A stretch of 64,000 nucleotides of DNA from Catajapyx aquilonaris (lineage: Eukaryota): contig KZ538061.1 in the NCBI GenBank assembly GCA_000934665.2, forward strand, positions 62,001-126,000, in the 5' to 3' direction. Positions 1 to 16,000 of the stretch are shown here, piece by piece. Numbering within the stretch: the first letter of the stretch is position 1; every line of letters starts with the position of its first letter. Below the pieces are notes generated by a model. That model had not been told where the DNA came from. It saw nothing but the letters and a program-made list of their open reading frames with translations, and searched no databases. Position numbers and translations under genes: made by a program.

Positions 1-3000
1 CCATCTTGTCATCTGGCAGGACCTGAGTCCGATAACTCAATCCATGTACCCCTGAATCCTCATCACCACCTTTCTTTACGAGCCTTGCTATTGCATAAAT
101 AAATATATGGTCGGGTCAGGAATTTGAGCTCACGACCCTGTATTTTTAGGACTCTTATTTATAGCCGCGAATATGCAGTCTGCGCTATGAAACGCAGCAA
201 AAATTAGCGCGCGGGGGCGTAAACAAAAATGAGGCCTGCTAACGAGCTGATCTGCTGCCGAATTAATGCCGCGTGACGCTGCTTGTTTTTTTATAGGTGT
301 ACACTATGGGGGATACCAGCACATGGTCAGCGTGTCATGTCCTGGACCTTCCGCAGGATTAAGCAATCTGGCACGCCGCATTTGCATGTGTCCACCTAAC
401 CCCCTCCCCCTATGAACCCCTATTGTGCAGCGCAAATGCTCATTATTGCACTGACATGCTCATTTTCGCCGGATTAAAATAAATTCCCGGCGTGTACGCA
501 GGATTGAACTTCCGCGTGATTTGAAAGGGGGCAATGACACCCGGCTAGTTTTATCGTATACTTGGCTGAACACCTGGCTTACGGCACGCTGATGTAACGT
601 GGAGGTGACAACACAGCCGCGCGACCGCATATTTGTTTATATGGAATACCCTAAGGAGGTCTGGGTATACCGTATATGTAGAAATAATGCAATGTGTCTG
701 CCCAACTTGATGGTCGTTTTATGGCACTTCCTTGCACTTGCCTCACGCAATATCCACTCATTGTCCTAGGCTAGTGCCATACGTATTGGTCTCTAACTAA
801 CCCATAAAACAGACACCACCCCCATAAATTCCTGCGCAGTTCGCAATATTTACAAGTTACAGGCCTGCGCCTTTGACCACCGGGTAGGCCCTAAAAGTCA
901 GCAACAACGGACGGACACGTCGGATTTTTAGCCCCAGATTGATGGAGTTGTCAGCACTTGTTCATTTGACTGTTACACCGGTATTTAATTCGCATTACAA
1001 GCGGGGGAATGGCCGCTCCCATCTCCCCACCCCTACCCACACCCTACATGTGCAAACACAATTTCCCAGTTATTCCCTCACTAAACAACTCCATTACGAG
1101 CCGAGCTAAATATTGAATGGGGGATCCAGGCAGCAACAATGTGATGTCGCGGGAAGGGGGGAGGGGGGGGGGGGGNGGGGGGGTGGCCCAGCAGCAGCCG
1201 AAATCCTCTGGAAATCGGTGCATCAGGAGCTGTGGTCGGCGTGGTTGCCCAGGGCCAAACCCAGCACATGCTCCGGACGCCTCCTTTCCACTGGGTCCCA
1301 GCTATGAATCAATAGAGCAGCAGCACTGGAACGGAGGCCCTCCACCAGAGGATGTCACCATCCTTGCCCGTGTTATGGAAAACCAGAAACTGGGGCACGG
1401 AAGTGCTCAACTATTACACTCGGGAACTATCTGTTCCATATTGTGTCGAGCAGACAAAAAAAGGTGGGCCCGATTCATTTGGCAGGGGCGGGAACTATGC
1501 TGCCATAATTGCAGTTGAAGTCAATGATTTCAATATATGGTGACGAATATACCTATTGTTAACCCCCAGCAACCACATAATATTATGACGGACACTTTTT
1601 TTTCATAAGAAAGCGAGGCCAGCAATTGTTTGCTCACTGAGAGAACATAGTACCAAGAAATCCATATCCTCACGTGACGAAATCCCGCCTTCTATAAGCC
1701 GTTACGTTATGTAACGCCTTTTCGACACCGTACCCTGCAGCGTGTACACAACACACTGCAAAAATATTATTCGCCCATCATTCCACCAAAAACCTGAACC
1801 GAGCTGTAATTAAGGATTCGAAATCGAAAACAACCCTCCACATCCTCATTGTAAGGTCAAAACATCCGCTAAAAAGGTGAACCAGGAAAACCTTCCATTG
1901 AAACCCCAGAACAAAAAGGTGATAATTGCACCTCTTCTCAACCGGGCCAATTTTTCATTCACACTAACGAAATACTACGCCCGTGCTCTACACCCTCCGA
2001 GCGGAACATACTGTGAAAGAATCCTCGCAAAAATTGGCCTCCACGACACAAAAGAAGTCCTCTGTGCCGTTTCCAAGCTCATTCCGCACATATTTATGGG
2101 CCGATAGGGGCCTACAGCTCATATCGCCTGTTTTTATATAGACTTGCAATGCTGTGCTCCACCTTTTCTTTTTCCCCCCTATTCTCTCCTCCAGGGTGAC
2201 ATTTGGATGCTTTTAGTCGTCCCCCAGATGATGAGCGCCAAATTTCGCAGGCGGCCCATTTCCCAGGTCCCCCCCCCCCTCTATTTCCGATCGATGCCAC
2301 ACAAACTCCCAGACAGAAGGTCAAGGGTACAATTTCTAGACCAGCCCCAAAATTCGCGTTAACAAGGACACATTGCCACTGACCCTACCCGGAAACGGAA
2401 ACTATTTTTATCTGCAATTTCTGCAAAACCGGTGGGAAGTGGTTAATTTGGCGAATTTCATTAACGATGTAGTACATCATTGGCGGAAATGCGACCTGGC
2501 ACTGCAACCGGCTCTAAATTTATTTCCCCATGCATTGCAGGAATTTTGCGTTCGTTACCCCCCTTTTTTTGCAAAGGTACTGTAGGAAACCGTCCAATAA
2601 AATAAGCAAAACACGCCCCTTCAAGAGCGCCTCTCAGCCATTGCAGGGAGTCATAATTAAATTCCGCAGATCTCTCAAAGCCCTGGTTATTTTCGCTAGC
2701 TCAATGGGGGAAGCTACAGCCAATTGAGGTATTCCACTTTTAAAAAAAAAAAATTCTAAGCACCATTGTCACATCAGCACATATTTCCACGCGGTCAGTA
2801 CAGGAACTGCATCAGCTAGATGGCTCTTCCTGTGTACTCAACACAGGTCAATGCGAAGAGTATCGAATAAATTCCCTTAGTTCACGATGCACATCAAAGG
2901 CGTTTTAATGCTCGTAAAAGCCATCCCCCTATATCCCTGCTGCATCCTGGGTTAATAAAGCCCTCCTTGAAAACAAAAACTATGCATTATTATAGCCTCC

Positions 3001-4060
3001 CTCCAAATTTTACATCGTCGTTCCGGCTGATGGTGCGGGACTCAAAATGTCGAATACCACTCCCATTGTCTGCTTATCCAAACATGCTTATGTAATCTAC
3101 GATGTTGGCCGTCTGGCTTCATTAAAATGGCCCGCTCCCTACACCTACTCCTTTGCGGCGGACAAACTCAAACATTTCCCCATAATTAAATTCTAAATTA
3201 GTTCATCCGAGGGGGCTGGACAGACGCAATGGCTTGTTTGCACTGCGTCCTCAAGGGGGTTTAACTAACACCTTAAGGAAATATCACCTTTTTTAAAAAA
3301 ATGCTGTTTTTTGCGCACAAATTTACAGGCCATAGGAACAGCATATCTGTAACAACAGCTCCTTCACGTGCCCAATGGTCCTTGCAGAATATAACCACTC
3401 CCACATTATCGACTTTTTCGCACAGAATCCGTTGACTCACAATTTCCACACCCTTTTGCGGATGAATCATCAACAGCTGGAGAAAGCACTTGCTCTCTGT
3501 ACACGTATGACCATGCGCGAAAAAGTTCAAAAAAAAAAAAACAATAGCCAGTATCGGTCGACGGGGAGATTCGCTTCCTCTGTGCTATCCATGTGCCACT
3601 TCACACAGGGACAGGAAGAGATCGATATGCAGGCTCCCAAACTTCCTTCCGCTTTTGAATCGCGTCCATTATCAAGAGCTTGTTTTAGCTTGGCCTGGAA
3701 ACAAAAAATGTTGAACCGTCCAAAAGCAAGCCAAAAAATCTCGCACCTGCCACAATATTTCGACAGGGCCAGTAACCCAGGATGGACATAGGTTTGTTTT
3801 TACTTCCTAGGAAAGCTAAACAGCGCCCTGGAACCTGCCGTTTTTTTGCAGGACTTTTTCCGAGAGGAAAACGACCCCGGTCCTCACTGGGGTTTGCTGG
3901 TCCGGACAATAACTCGCAATATCGGAGAGTGGCCCGGGCCTATAGGCACTATCGACGAGGCAGTGCCAAAATAGGCTGAGGTTGTGTTCACAACTGCAAC
4001 ATTTCCGAATTAAATCAAAAAATGACTGAACATGTAATTATTTAAATTGCAAGTACTCAC

Positions 4061-7000
4061 CAAGTCTTCCAAAGCTGTGACTGAGCCTCTTCTTGAGCTT
4101 CTGGACGCGGCTGAGAGTACCACTCTTCTTCTCCCGCATGGTCACGCCTGAAACAACAGACATCGTTAACACCCGAACCACAACACAATCATCCAATGCA
4201 ATGTTTCACCACACATGAATCAACCCCAGAATGTTTACCCGGACGTCACAGTTATCAGCTCGCGGTCGCTTATCTCTCGCAGCACGTCAAACACTTCTCA
4301 GTTAGCACATGCTATAAACTAGTGGGAACTAATTTTCTATTTTGCTCCGCCCCCCTTAACAACACTTTGATCCTCTAGGAGAGGACTGGTGTCATGACCA
4401 CTTGAGCTGCCCACACGGGAGTACTGAGGTTGAAGTGGTCAAGTCGTCTTCGAGTGTTGACAGAATCCCGCAGGTTGAGCAAACTCTTCCGACTCGCATT
4501 ATGCGAGCCTCCTGAGTGTTTCTGATGGGGACGGCTGGGATGGAGATTTGGGAGAGGAGGATTGGGGGGGAGGTAAATGGGAGGAAGGAGAGGGGAGGAT
4601 TCTATAGAGAACCGCAAGTGTGCTGGAGTGGCCACAGGGGTGTGCGCAGTATTTCTTTTCTTCGAATACTGCAGCTGAATTCTCTTAGAATACTCCATAC
4701 AGTAATTCACCGAGTGTACGCAACATGGATGCAATAACCTCTTTTACTATGTTCCAAATGATAATATATTCATAACTGGCATGTGGCATCACACAGATGT
4801 CTCCTATTTCCTTCCTTTTTCGGACGAGGGATAGCATTCCTGGTAGGTGACGTGTATACAAAATTCACGAGCAGAAGTTTTGGGACGGTGTTGTAAGTGC
4901 AAGGCTGCTAACTAAATCACAAACTTGCGTGAAAAATTTATCGTCACGTGTACTAGAATATCCGAAAGACGCGCTTTGACTCACACCGTCACCATGCGTG
5001 TACATAATGTACGAGCGCAAATGACCTCAACTGCATTTAGGGTATCTTATCACACTGGCGCCTAAACAAAGCAAATCCAACACTAATATCAGAACATCAG
5101 GCACGTAGGTAAACAAAAATCTATACGTGGCTATAATATTGACATAAAAATGTACGGTACATTTTTCTAAATTGCCCACAACTATTTTCATTACAAATCT
5201 AACCGTACATGTGGCAACCTCGGTATCACCGACTCGGGGTTATACACCAATGAACCTGGAAGTGCTTTTAAAATTTCAAGTAACGTTCCGAATGGTGACG
5301 GTGCATTTTCTTTCCACCGTTCCCACTTCGCTACTGGTTTTGGCCTCTGGCAAAAAAAAAGAAAAAAAGAAAAAAACGGGCGGATGAAAAGAGGGTGGTC
5401 CTTTCAGTCCCTCCAAGAGTTCTTTCGATCCGGGGATAACCGGAGATTCTAGCAGCCTACTCAATAGATCTTCACCTTGATCCTGAGGAGTACAGCAAAG
5501 TGAGACCAATTACGACCTCTTTTTTTATTTTCCTTTTTGTAGGTGTGGAGGGGGAAAGCTGCCCCCCCCCCCCTGTTTCAATTTGGTACCCTACCCTTTG
5601 CTCAGCACCCTTCATCGTGTTATCTTAATGGAGAACTGTCGCCAGCTTTTGGTGAGCAACCATGCGAGCACCTCGATACAGCCTCTCCGACTATCAATGT
5701 TTCAAAAAGTGTCAGGGCAAACTTTGCTCTTTTCATATATTTCCCCCTGCCCTTTTGCCTTAGCTGCGATATTTCTTCCCTTTCTCCAAATCCTTCGTGC
5801 CAATCATCTGCAGGCGACAATACCCGGCCAATCATCCCGATCCGAACAAGTTACCACGAGATCATCCATATAAATCTGAATCGGAGGTGATATTGCAACA
5901 AATCTCGATTAGAAGCTGCGTATAGGCAAAGCTTCTAGTAAGATAGAGCGCCCGAATGATTTATTTAGAGTCACTTTACTCCCAAGTCTGGAGTTAAGCG
6001 GCCAAGAAACCCTGGAAAAATCAATACCCCTGCAGCAATCACACAAACACAACTTATCAAAAGGCGTATATAAAATCCGGTGGTGGACAAATCGGCTTAA
6101 ATATTAGTAAAATTCGCATTATTCTTCTGGCATAAATAACTAATCATAAACATTGCCGGCGATCTACTCTTTTCCATTGTGAAACAGTGGCAGCCTTTTA
6201 GCTGATGACAGCAGTTTTGATCGGGGGACGCACCTCGTTTAAATAATTAATTATCGCTATTTGAACTGCACGCTCCAATTAGCGCAATGGAGCATGAGTT
6301 AATCCTCAAAAAATAAATACTGCATATGTGGATAAATCGATCTGAGCTCTTTTTGCAGCTCTCTTCGTGGCCAACTTTGACTGGACATGGCCGTAGTTGC
6401 CATGTCGGTACCCAATACACTGTCAACATAGCAGATTCTCCTTCATTTGCTCCATACAACTGACCATATTAAAGTACTGAATGAATATTCAATATTTACC
6501 CACCTGGTTTAATATTCCGACGATTTCAGCTCAAATTGACCAAAACAAAAACTGTCATAATTTATTAAGTCAATTTTCACGCATAGCAAGACACAATTGT
6601 GCGAAACAAAGGCCGGACGTCGCGTGGTCGCAATGTCACGCGCCTATAAATTACTCACCCTGATAATCTTTCCCAGACCTGATTTGGGTGCAGTATATCG
6701 CCATACCGGCTGACACATCGAGCGCCGATAAAAAGGGAATCAATCAAAAAGACAGCTGAGCGTATCAGTGCGCAGTGTCCAGGAAATCCCCTCCATCACT
6801 CCCCAGCAAAAGCCCATTACGCAACTACGTACAAGCACATGTCAAAATGCATTAGAGAGAACCCGACACGGCCAGAAATCAATGTTATTTGGCAACAAGA
6901 GTTGCGCGACCCGGTCCCGACTGCTAATCTGATTGTCAGGAGTTTATAAACCCTTGCAACAAGCCCGGTTTTTAAAATATTCATTTTGACGTACTTTGCA

Positions 7001-10000
7001 CACAAAAAAAGCGTAATCTTGCACCGGCGATAATTAACAACATTACGGGCCCCTGCGTTTTTTAATGGGAGATAACAACCGCCGCTAATTTTCCGGCCGC
7101 CGGCTAATATTATATTCCGACCTACTTTTATTACCCGATAACCCAACCTCCCTTTGACGATTCTACGAACAAACACTTCCCTTGCTTTGTGCCGCAAATC
7201 ATGTGCCGAGGGGAAATAATAGCCTATGTCCCCCATCGATATATGAAAGCATCCCAAATCCCCTGACTGCCAATCCACGGCTCAAAATTCAGTTGTAATC
7301 GATTGTAATGAACACCGGGGGTGTCCATCCCTCAAGTTCGCAGGGTTGCAAGAACTTTTTGACTCACCCTCTTCCGAACGGAAGCAACTTCTGGGCACCA
7401 GGGTGGACAAATTCACTGCAGCTCGGAACGTGCCCGAAATCTCAAGTCAGAGGGTCGAATCCCTGTTGGTTGAAGCTCGTAGAAATTCTCGTAGAAATTA
7501 CTCGTAGAAATTCGTAGCTCGCTTCGCTAGCTGATAAGCCCGAAGCTGCCCGACCCAATGGATGGAGGCACATCCACATTAGTTGGTTTTTCTCTCGTGG
7601 ACAAGTGGTGAGGAGGCACTTCCGCTGTCGGTTGTGACCCGTTGAGCTCCACGGCCAATGGCACACTGACGGGGGTCTCACCACGCGCAGCTCTCGCCCC
7701 TCCAAAGCCTCGTCTCTTCCCCCCTCTTTCCAAGTCCCTGACTCACAATCGGCGCACCACTTGTGAAACTCTCGATCCATCTGCGCCTTTCCTTCACCAC
7801 GCACCACTATACATAGTGTGTGCACCAAACGTTCGTCAAAATGTTAAGGAAATGAGATGGTATAAGCGACTCTCCGTAGTCGTTTCTCGCAGCCGCAAGT
7901 TTGAGGCGGACTGTAAATATTTACTGGTAAGCATAATGGTGACTGTACAGTACATGACATGGCAGCAGATCTGGCGTCTCAAGAAGAAACACCATATCTC
8001 CAAAACTAGTAAGGGTGAAAATCGCATGCATGCCCTGCACTAATCCCCCCTGACTCAGGATGGATTAGTGCAGGGCATGCATGCGATTTTCACCCTTACT
8101 AGTTTTGGGTTTCTCCTTGGGACGGTAGAGGTATGGGCTATGTGTACCCTGGACATGAACGATGTCCAAGTGAGACAGCACCAACTGGCACAAAATCCCG
8201 CCTTGTGATTCCACGCACGAACGCACGCACACGCATGAGATGGGAGGCACGTAACGCACATCCCCCCCCCCCTCCAAATCCCATAGCCCTCACTCTTGGG
8301 ACTCGTATGAAGTGGCAAGTGCTTTATAATCGTGGTAGTGGAGAGCATGACGGCACATGCTGCGGAAATGGCACACTGAATATGCACACGACCAGTTTAT
8401 GACAGCTAATAACGCACGAACGCACTGATGTGTGTTCCAGGGGAGAAAAAGACAGCTGGAGGGGATATTGTATCCAGTTGTCATAAATGTGACGGGGGGG
8501 GGGACAAGAGATCCCACATATAACGTAATGCAGAAATTTGTAGCATTTTTAAAGCGGTCCTTTTGCAGGGGAGAAATAACTCGTAAAAACAGTGGAACTG
8601 ATTTCCCAGCATGGGTAATAGTAAAAGAAAAAAAAAGTTATCACCCCTCGTGTATATATCTGGGTTCCCCCCCTCTTCTGATAACATTTTACACTTTGGA
8701 TTTTACTACCCCAACGTAATTCTTGCTTCAGTAATGCCGGAAGTTTAATTTGCAGTGAATTTTCTAAACTCGTGTAAAATTTCAATTATCCCACTATGAA
8801 CAGCGTTTTATCTCGGGGCGATCCTCTTCCCCCCCCCCCCCCTCTAGTGAGATCCTAATATACGACCCCAGTTTTGGCAATACTGACCGATAACAGGATT
8901 TGCCCTCGTTTTTGGTATTTACCTTGTCTAGATTATGCACTAACGATTAAGTATTGGGAAATCCCCCTCCTGTGAGTTGACATCAGTCTGCTTGACAACT
9001 CTGGATTATTTGGTAGCGGGTAGGGGGTTCGTAAAAAGCAATTAATCACACTTCAATGTGTATAAAAGGGAAGGGAATGTGCGCAAATAGTTGGGTCCAT
9101 CAAAACTCCCCGCACTTTGGGGTCATCCAGAGGCAAAAGTTTTGGGTCATCCCGACCCCAGCACATCCCCCTTCTTCCTATATAGCCCGTCATAAATAAG
9201 ATGGGGGAGCATATTCGGAAACGATTTGTGACAGGAATTGCAAACTACCTCTTAAATCTGTCATGGAAATCTATTGGCCAGACCCCAGAACTATGTGCCA
9301 TAATAGTTCAAAGTGGGGAGGGAAGGAAGGGACCCATAACGATGTACCATGTATCAAAACCTTTTCTAACGCATCTGTAAAGTGCTTGTAACTGTTGTCA
9401 ATGGGGAGGAGGGGGGATATAGTCATGCATACCCAAGTTTAGATGAATTTTGTACCAAAACGCTCGTAATTTAGAGGGTTTTTTTCCGAATCCGGCAGCT
9501 CCCCCTCCCTACACACAAATATGCAGCGTGACAATCAACCCTGTGTTTGCATGTACGCTTAACATTTTTTGTAAGTAATCGATTGTCTACAGTTGTTATT
9601 TAACAAACCCTATCCACATTCAAATGAAGGAACAACGAGGCGCCAGAATATTAATCGCAAACACAAAAGCAGACCCTGGTGTTGTTATCCGGATCAGATA
9701 ATAAGGCGACAACTCGTAATTAGCGCTAAATTAATTCGGGTCGAGCAAACACCTGCTTTTCGATTGTAAATAAGCAGGACAATTTTGCAACCCTGGTGTT
9801 GCGAAAGTACGTACAGATATCTTCGATCTCGGCACCTCCAATGTTGCCTCACCCTAACTTGAATAAATCTCCACAATAATGAGTTTCTTTCTCACAGTCA
9901 GCACTGAAGGTCCCACTGCTGATGACCCCAACCATGTATTCAGCAGAAGACAACCAAACAGACGCCAGCTGTAATCTTATTAGTTGATCAACTCATATTT

Positions 10001-13000
10001 TTGTGATAGTCATCTGTAGTACTGTATAATAAGTGGACCACAATTTATCCCAACTGGAGATAATTTAGAAATACCGCTTTAAAATAGCTGTAAATTCAGC
10101 TACTAATCTTCTTTGTCTAACATTTTATTTTTAACCGAAATAATTTTTGCAGTCCATCATTTCAACTGAATAATATACTGCATAACACTGTAAAAATCCT
10201 GCCCATCCCGAGTTTCCCCCCTCCCATGGCCAGGCAGGCCCAGACAATAAACAGACCTGCAAATTGATTGTACAGCAAGAAACGTTATCACGTAAAGTTG
10301 GCTGGCTCCCCGGAGCGCCATCATCATCAGGCACAAACTAGCATCCGGAAGAGTGTATACAGACTCCCTGATAATTTTAATCCGCGTCTTGATAACACTT
10401 GCACCTCCTCCTATCCTCACCGCCCCACCGCCTTTCTTTCCTCTTTATGGAAATGAATGTTGGGAGGCCCCCCGGTTAAGTGCTGTTCTTTGTCTGGGAA
10501 GGCCCTCCCATCTCCCCAATTGCAAGTGGGAGCCCAATTTAGTCAGGGCCCCAAGGAAAGGGAAAAGAGGCGGCAGACACACACTTTCTTGTGGTGAGGG
10601 AGAGAGAGAGAGAGGAGACTTCTTTTCAGCCCACTTGCTTTCCCGAATTTGCATGGCAAAAAGGGACCCAAGCTAAGGCAAGGGAAACACGGAGAGAATA
10701 TTAGGGGGGCGCCCACTGCCGCAAGTGAAGTCCCCACAGCCCAAAATTGGGGCCTGATGGAGTAACGCTTCCAATCTTCAGACTCGATTCAGTGAGGCTT
10801 GGTATAGCGATCGAGACAGTTGGGTGGCATAAGCAGCAGGATGACGCATTTCCTGGAAAGTGTCAGAACACTGCGACAAATCTAGTTCTCTCAAGAAAAA
10901 TATTTTTAGAGTGTAGGCATATACTATCGTATGGAATAATAAATAAAACTGCAATGATTAACAAAAATTCTCGTGTGCTCCATAATTATACATAAAATGC
11001 TCACTCACCTACAATAAATCAAAAATAATAGTGATCCGGAACGTGTTTGTGTACGTTCGAACCTACACAAAAGTCCAATTTCTTAAACTACCCTCTTTGT
11101 AAGGGTGATTTACTAACCTGTGCTGTACCGTGTGGCCCAGATGGTAATTTTGAACTAGACTGTGTAGTATAAATCTCCATGCAGACACCTACAACAGCCT
11201 ATTAGGAAGTAGGCAATGTGTGGGTCGAGAAGACGGTTTATGACCCCACCAGTCTAGACAAACTTGTACGAAAAACGAGTACAACAGCGGCACGCTTCTG
11301 ACTCTTGTCAACCCACTAAAAAAACGGGACAACACTTACGACCTCATTAATTAACATCTTGCACAACCAACACTTGTGCCCTTATGCATTTTTAAGTTTT
11401 TTTCGCTCTATTTACGCCTGACGGTCGGTTTGCCTTTGGTGGACCTAAGAAGCTATATTTACTTACATATACTATTCGCCAAATATAAAATTTCGGCCTG
11501 TATCCTGTTTCTTATACTTTACATACTTCACCTTGATCAAGTGCTGATGGTTGTATGAAGCCTGAATTTTGTCACAACTTTTTTAAGCATAAGTGAGCCT
11601 CATTTATTTTAAAACCTCATCCTCCATGCCTAACCTTGCTCCAAAGTTTGAAGACAGTCCCTCCCATATAATTTCAGCTCGCTTCAGAAATCCCTTCTAA
11701 TTAACCACGACATTGGAGGGAGTGCTTTTGATTCCTGTGACCAACGGGGACGGAATCCCCTTGCGATAATCTCCACTGATGACCACCCCCACCCCTCCAC
11801 CAATTTGCAAACCCTCTCTAGAAAATCATCCCCCCCTTCGTTAAGGCAGCCTCAGGCACTTCCCAACGAAACTTCTGATTTACGCACTCAATATTCAATA
11901 TTCTTCCCCCTTCCATACATAATTCTTTGAAGAAAAAAGGGCGTTGCTGACTTCTATTACACCACGCGTAATTAAGCCGTCTCTTTTATCGAGGTTTAAA
12001 GAGGGGTCGCGGTCGACCTACGCTGTTGTCACCTCCAAGCCTCATTTCTTTTCGCAGACGGGCCTTGTCACCAGCACTTTGTCGACTCATCAGATGTCCA
12101 ATTTCTGTAAAACGTCGGCTGGCACTTGCCAAGTGTAGCATGTAAACTTGGCCGCTTGGTTTCTCCCCCCTATAGATACACGAATATGGCACAGTAACCA
12201 CAAAATTGGCGGTTGGAGGGGTCCAAACGAGGATTCCATAATGAAACATTCACCAGCAGTAACAGCACTTTCAATTCTAATGAAAAGTGGAGAGAGAGGG
12301 GGTCCGGTTATTAAGCGGAACCCCATAGTGGAACGCGTCCAAGGAAAACCTAGGAAGTGTTCCAATTATCCACTTGCGAAAACCAAACACTATTAAAACT
12401 ACTGGTGACGCCGGCACTTTAAACCCTTTCTGAAAAAATATCAGTATGCAAATTTTCACTGTCCTTTTTGCCGCCTTGATCAATTTGGATGATGAGCAGC
12501 ATCAGGGGAGTGGAAAATGGGGATGGAAAGTGAGAAGCTGAAAAAAAAAATTATAATGAATAAGGGGAAAAAGACGGTTCCCCCTAAGGCATCTCCCCCC
12601 AAAAAATGGGGTGGGAAAAATTTTTCATTCCCCATAGTGCCAAACTCATTTTCGTCACTTGGGTTGTCCTGAGAGATCCTACCCTCATATTTACGAGGAG
12701 TCAGAACAAGTCGACATCACCTGCGGACGCATTTTGGACAGACCGAAGCGTCGTTCGTAAATAGTATTAGTGTCATTCTCGCTGGAGAGCAAGTTGGCAG
12801 GGTTTCCCTTGACGATCTCGATCTGGCGTTTTGGCTGGTAAGGCCCCCGGACTTGGTGGTTTGGACCGTCTCCAAGGGACCCCTGGTCTGACCTCGCTTT
12901 CTTCAGCATCATGCTTCGAGACGTGGAAGAGACCAAAGTTGTCCCCGTCCATAAAAATGGGGGAGAAGGAAGGAATGGTAGGTGGAGGGGACTGTCACAC

Positions 13001-16000
13001 TCCTAGACCCCTTTGGTGTACGTTCCGCTTGGGGACGTCCCATATGTTATTTCCGCGAAAGCCAAGTTCGCACCTGCTTGCTATTGTGAAACCGGGCTCT
13101 GGTCGCTGGATGCGACGACTACAAATTACTGCTGAGAAATAGTGGCTCCAGAACTATGTGGGCGGGGTTTCGTGAACGCACCGATTTGTCTGGTGTGAAC
13201 AGGGTCTAATTATTCTCTTAAAAAATTAATTTATAGAGGAAATATACTATGTGAATATAATTTCCGACCCACTTAAAACAATTCGCAGATTTCTCAGGCA
13301 TTAATATTTTATGCCCTTCGTCTTCGTCTTCTGTAAGTGCGTGCACATTCAAACAATACTAAACAATGCGGACGGGCAACTCTCAGACGAGATGGCTGAC
13401 AGATACAATGCCCGCGCCCATGACCTTTTCGTCTGCTGACATCATGCAGATTGGCAATGCTAATCATTCAGCCGTGAGAGCAAGCCCTCATCGGTCACGA
13501 CCGGCCCCATTGTCCAAATAAAATGCAGGGCAGGTCAACGTTCGTTCCTGACCCTCTGTTATTTCCCGTAGTAAAAAAAAACTTTCGCTTTTCAAGTGCA
13601 GCCGGCTTGAATATTAATAGTCCACCGATATGAAACGAATTTCGGATGCCTTTGCTGATACACACTTATTAACCATCCAAATCGTTGCAAATGTCCAGCT
13701 GGCCAACCATCAAGGTTGCACCACTTTCTTCTGCCGTTCTGCACCATGCCATGCGTGACGCTCGGTCATTGGCCAAATACCCACACGGGCGTGAAAGGGA
13801 AATTCAAGAATACAACAAAAAAATTTAATTCAATTGTTATTAAAACCACACACTGGTGGTGACTCCCAATTTTCGCCTTGGCCTCGTTTCCCAGTTTGCC
13901 CTTTTTGCTCCGTAAGTTTCGGTATTGATTTTCACGAGTGACCAGGGTTGTACCCCTACGAGTGAAATTAGGTCGTGTGTCGGGTCGTCATAAGATAGAA
14001 CCCTTTTTTTTGTGAGGAGGGATGGGTGCACTGTTACACGGATATAAGTACAAAAGGGGCGCCCACATACTCACGATTGGAATACCAGGAGAGGGGTGCA
14101 GCACACGTTATAACACTCTCGAAGACCGAAAACATATGAGCGGGCCACAAGAAAGGGCTGGAGGTCCTTGAAGCTAAGCCAAACCATCTCGTTTCAAGGA
14201 AGGCCGGATACCTTTCCTCTCAGGGCCAAAGACAATGTCAACACATTGCCTGAAGCAGCAGATTTTGGGCATAAAAATCCCCAGTTCATAAAGAAAAATA
14301 TTTGTTTACTCCAGCAACCATCGACTAGTACTGCCAGGCAATCAATCGCCAGCGCCATCTGTGAGCACCTTTGCAAAATGTGTCGTCACCTGACATGACT
14401 AATGCCTCCTGTTGCGCTTATACACGCGACTCTCGACAGCATTCGTCTTCATCTAAAGCAATTACAGGCTGGGTTGAGCCACAGCCTTGCCGACGCGAGC
14501 AAATGAGCAGTCGCCATAGTGTTAAATGGAAATTGTTTTCCTCCGTGTCATTCGTAATCAACATCTCTCCGCTCATTTATGTAACTTTGGAGTCGAGGGG
14601 GGAAAAAATTACTTACTGTTGGGTTGAATCGCGGCTAAATTGCCGCCGCGTTCTGACTCACACTTTCTAGGAATAGAAACTGAACAGGAAGTTGGGTGCA
14701 AAGGTGTTGTATAGGTTGGCATACGGCTCCGAGCTTGGCAACCATCGAGGGAAATCGCTCCTTAGAATTTTTCGGAGGTCCGTTTTAAAATGGTGTTTAC
14801 AAACAATAGGGGACGACGACAAATGTCAGTCGTGTAAAAGCTGTCGTGTCTTTTGTGAGGTAAATCGCGACGTTTCTATTCCAGTAGGTACATTGTGGCG
14901 ACACAACTCCCTTTGAAGATGTCAACATGCCAGGGACTTTTCATAGAAAATCCGGAGTGCCGCTGCATAATGCACTGTACGGCACGATAAATGGCAGACC
15001 GGAGTTTATAATGTGCAACTAGCAGTCAGCTTCGACGCGCCGGGAATAAATTAAGATTATGCCGTCATGTTGAATAATGACATCAACGCCTCAAATTTCA
15101 TTTGGATGGTAATTTCTCGTAAAAATGATGATCCTCGTTATAACATAATTATCTTGCCGGCATGTTTTTTTTTTTTTTTGCATTAATGTCTGTCCCTATC
15201 GTTATTCTTTACTCATATTGTGGCCCAAATTCCGATGCAGTACTGTATCGCATTTGTCGTGCTCTTTGAAGTGTTTTTTTTTCGTTCACTTGTACCGGCA
15301 GTCTCGAGCGAGTTGATATGCATACACCTGCTTGTGTATGCTAATGCTATACTGTAGCATCCACTAACAATGCAGTACAGTAAGAAAAACCCGTCTCCCA
15401 GCAAAGTAACAACCGGCGAAATTTGCAAAGCTACAAGGCGGAGTAAACAACTGTAATTATGCGGCACCAGACCGTATGTCTAACATACGAGCCCATTTTT
15501 CTTCCACAATACATTTCTTTATAAGCAAAATAAGTGACGGCCTTCCAAGACATGCTAATTAGTCATCATCATTCCATCATTTTTCCGGAATTTTTATACG
15601 TTCCCCACCCACGTGTGAAGGTTATGACTCGCTCTCCCGTAACCTTGGCCATGGCTACTCACCTGTCTGGAACTCACCTATCCAGCTGGGAAACCCACCA
15701 ATAACTCGACCGCAATAATTGCCACAAATGTGAGTAACACATAAATACTTACATCACGACTATTTCTCTGCACAGTCAACAATAGCACTTTGCCATCTCA
15801 TGTGTTTGTTACTCATATTTATTTAAATAACTTTTGCGTCAATAAATACATGTTTAATATTGTACTTGTACTGGATTTTGAGTGTTTCAATAAATTAATG
15901 TGCAAATAATAAATGCGTACCTAAATTTCCAATTAGTAGATATGAAGATAGTAAGTGGCCCAAGTTCATGAAGTTGAAGATTGTTGACTCCTGCAACCAC

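Noticed and set aside
12691..12936. Protein-like minus-strand ORF (MMLKKARSDQ...) as an alternative CDK14 first exon
   Set aside because: The donors I found are phase 0 or 2, incompatible with the phase-1 acceptor at 4147, and no motif is recognisable.
1..16000. Numerous 60-150 aa ORFs in the CDK14 introns
   Set aside because: No recognisable domains or splice-consistent chains; consistent with chance ORFs.
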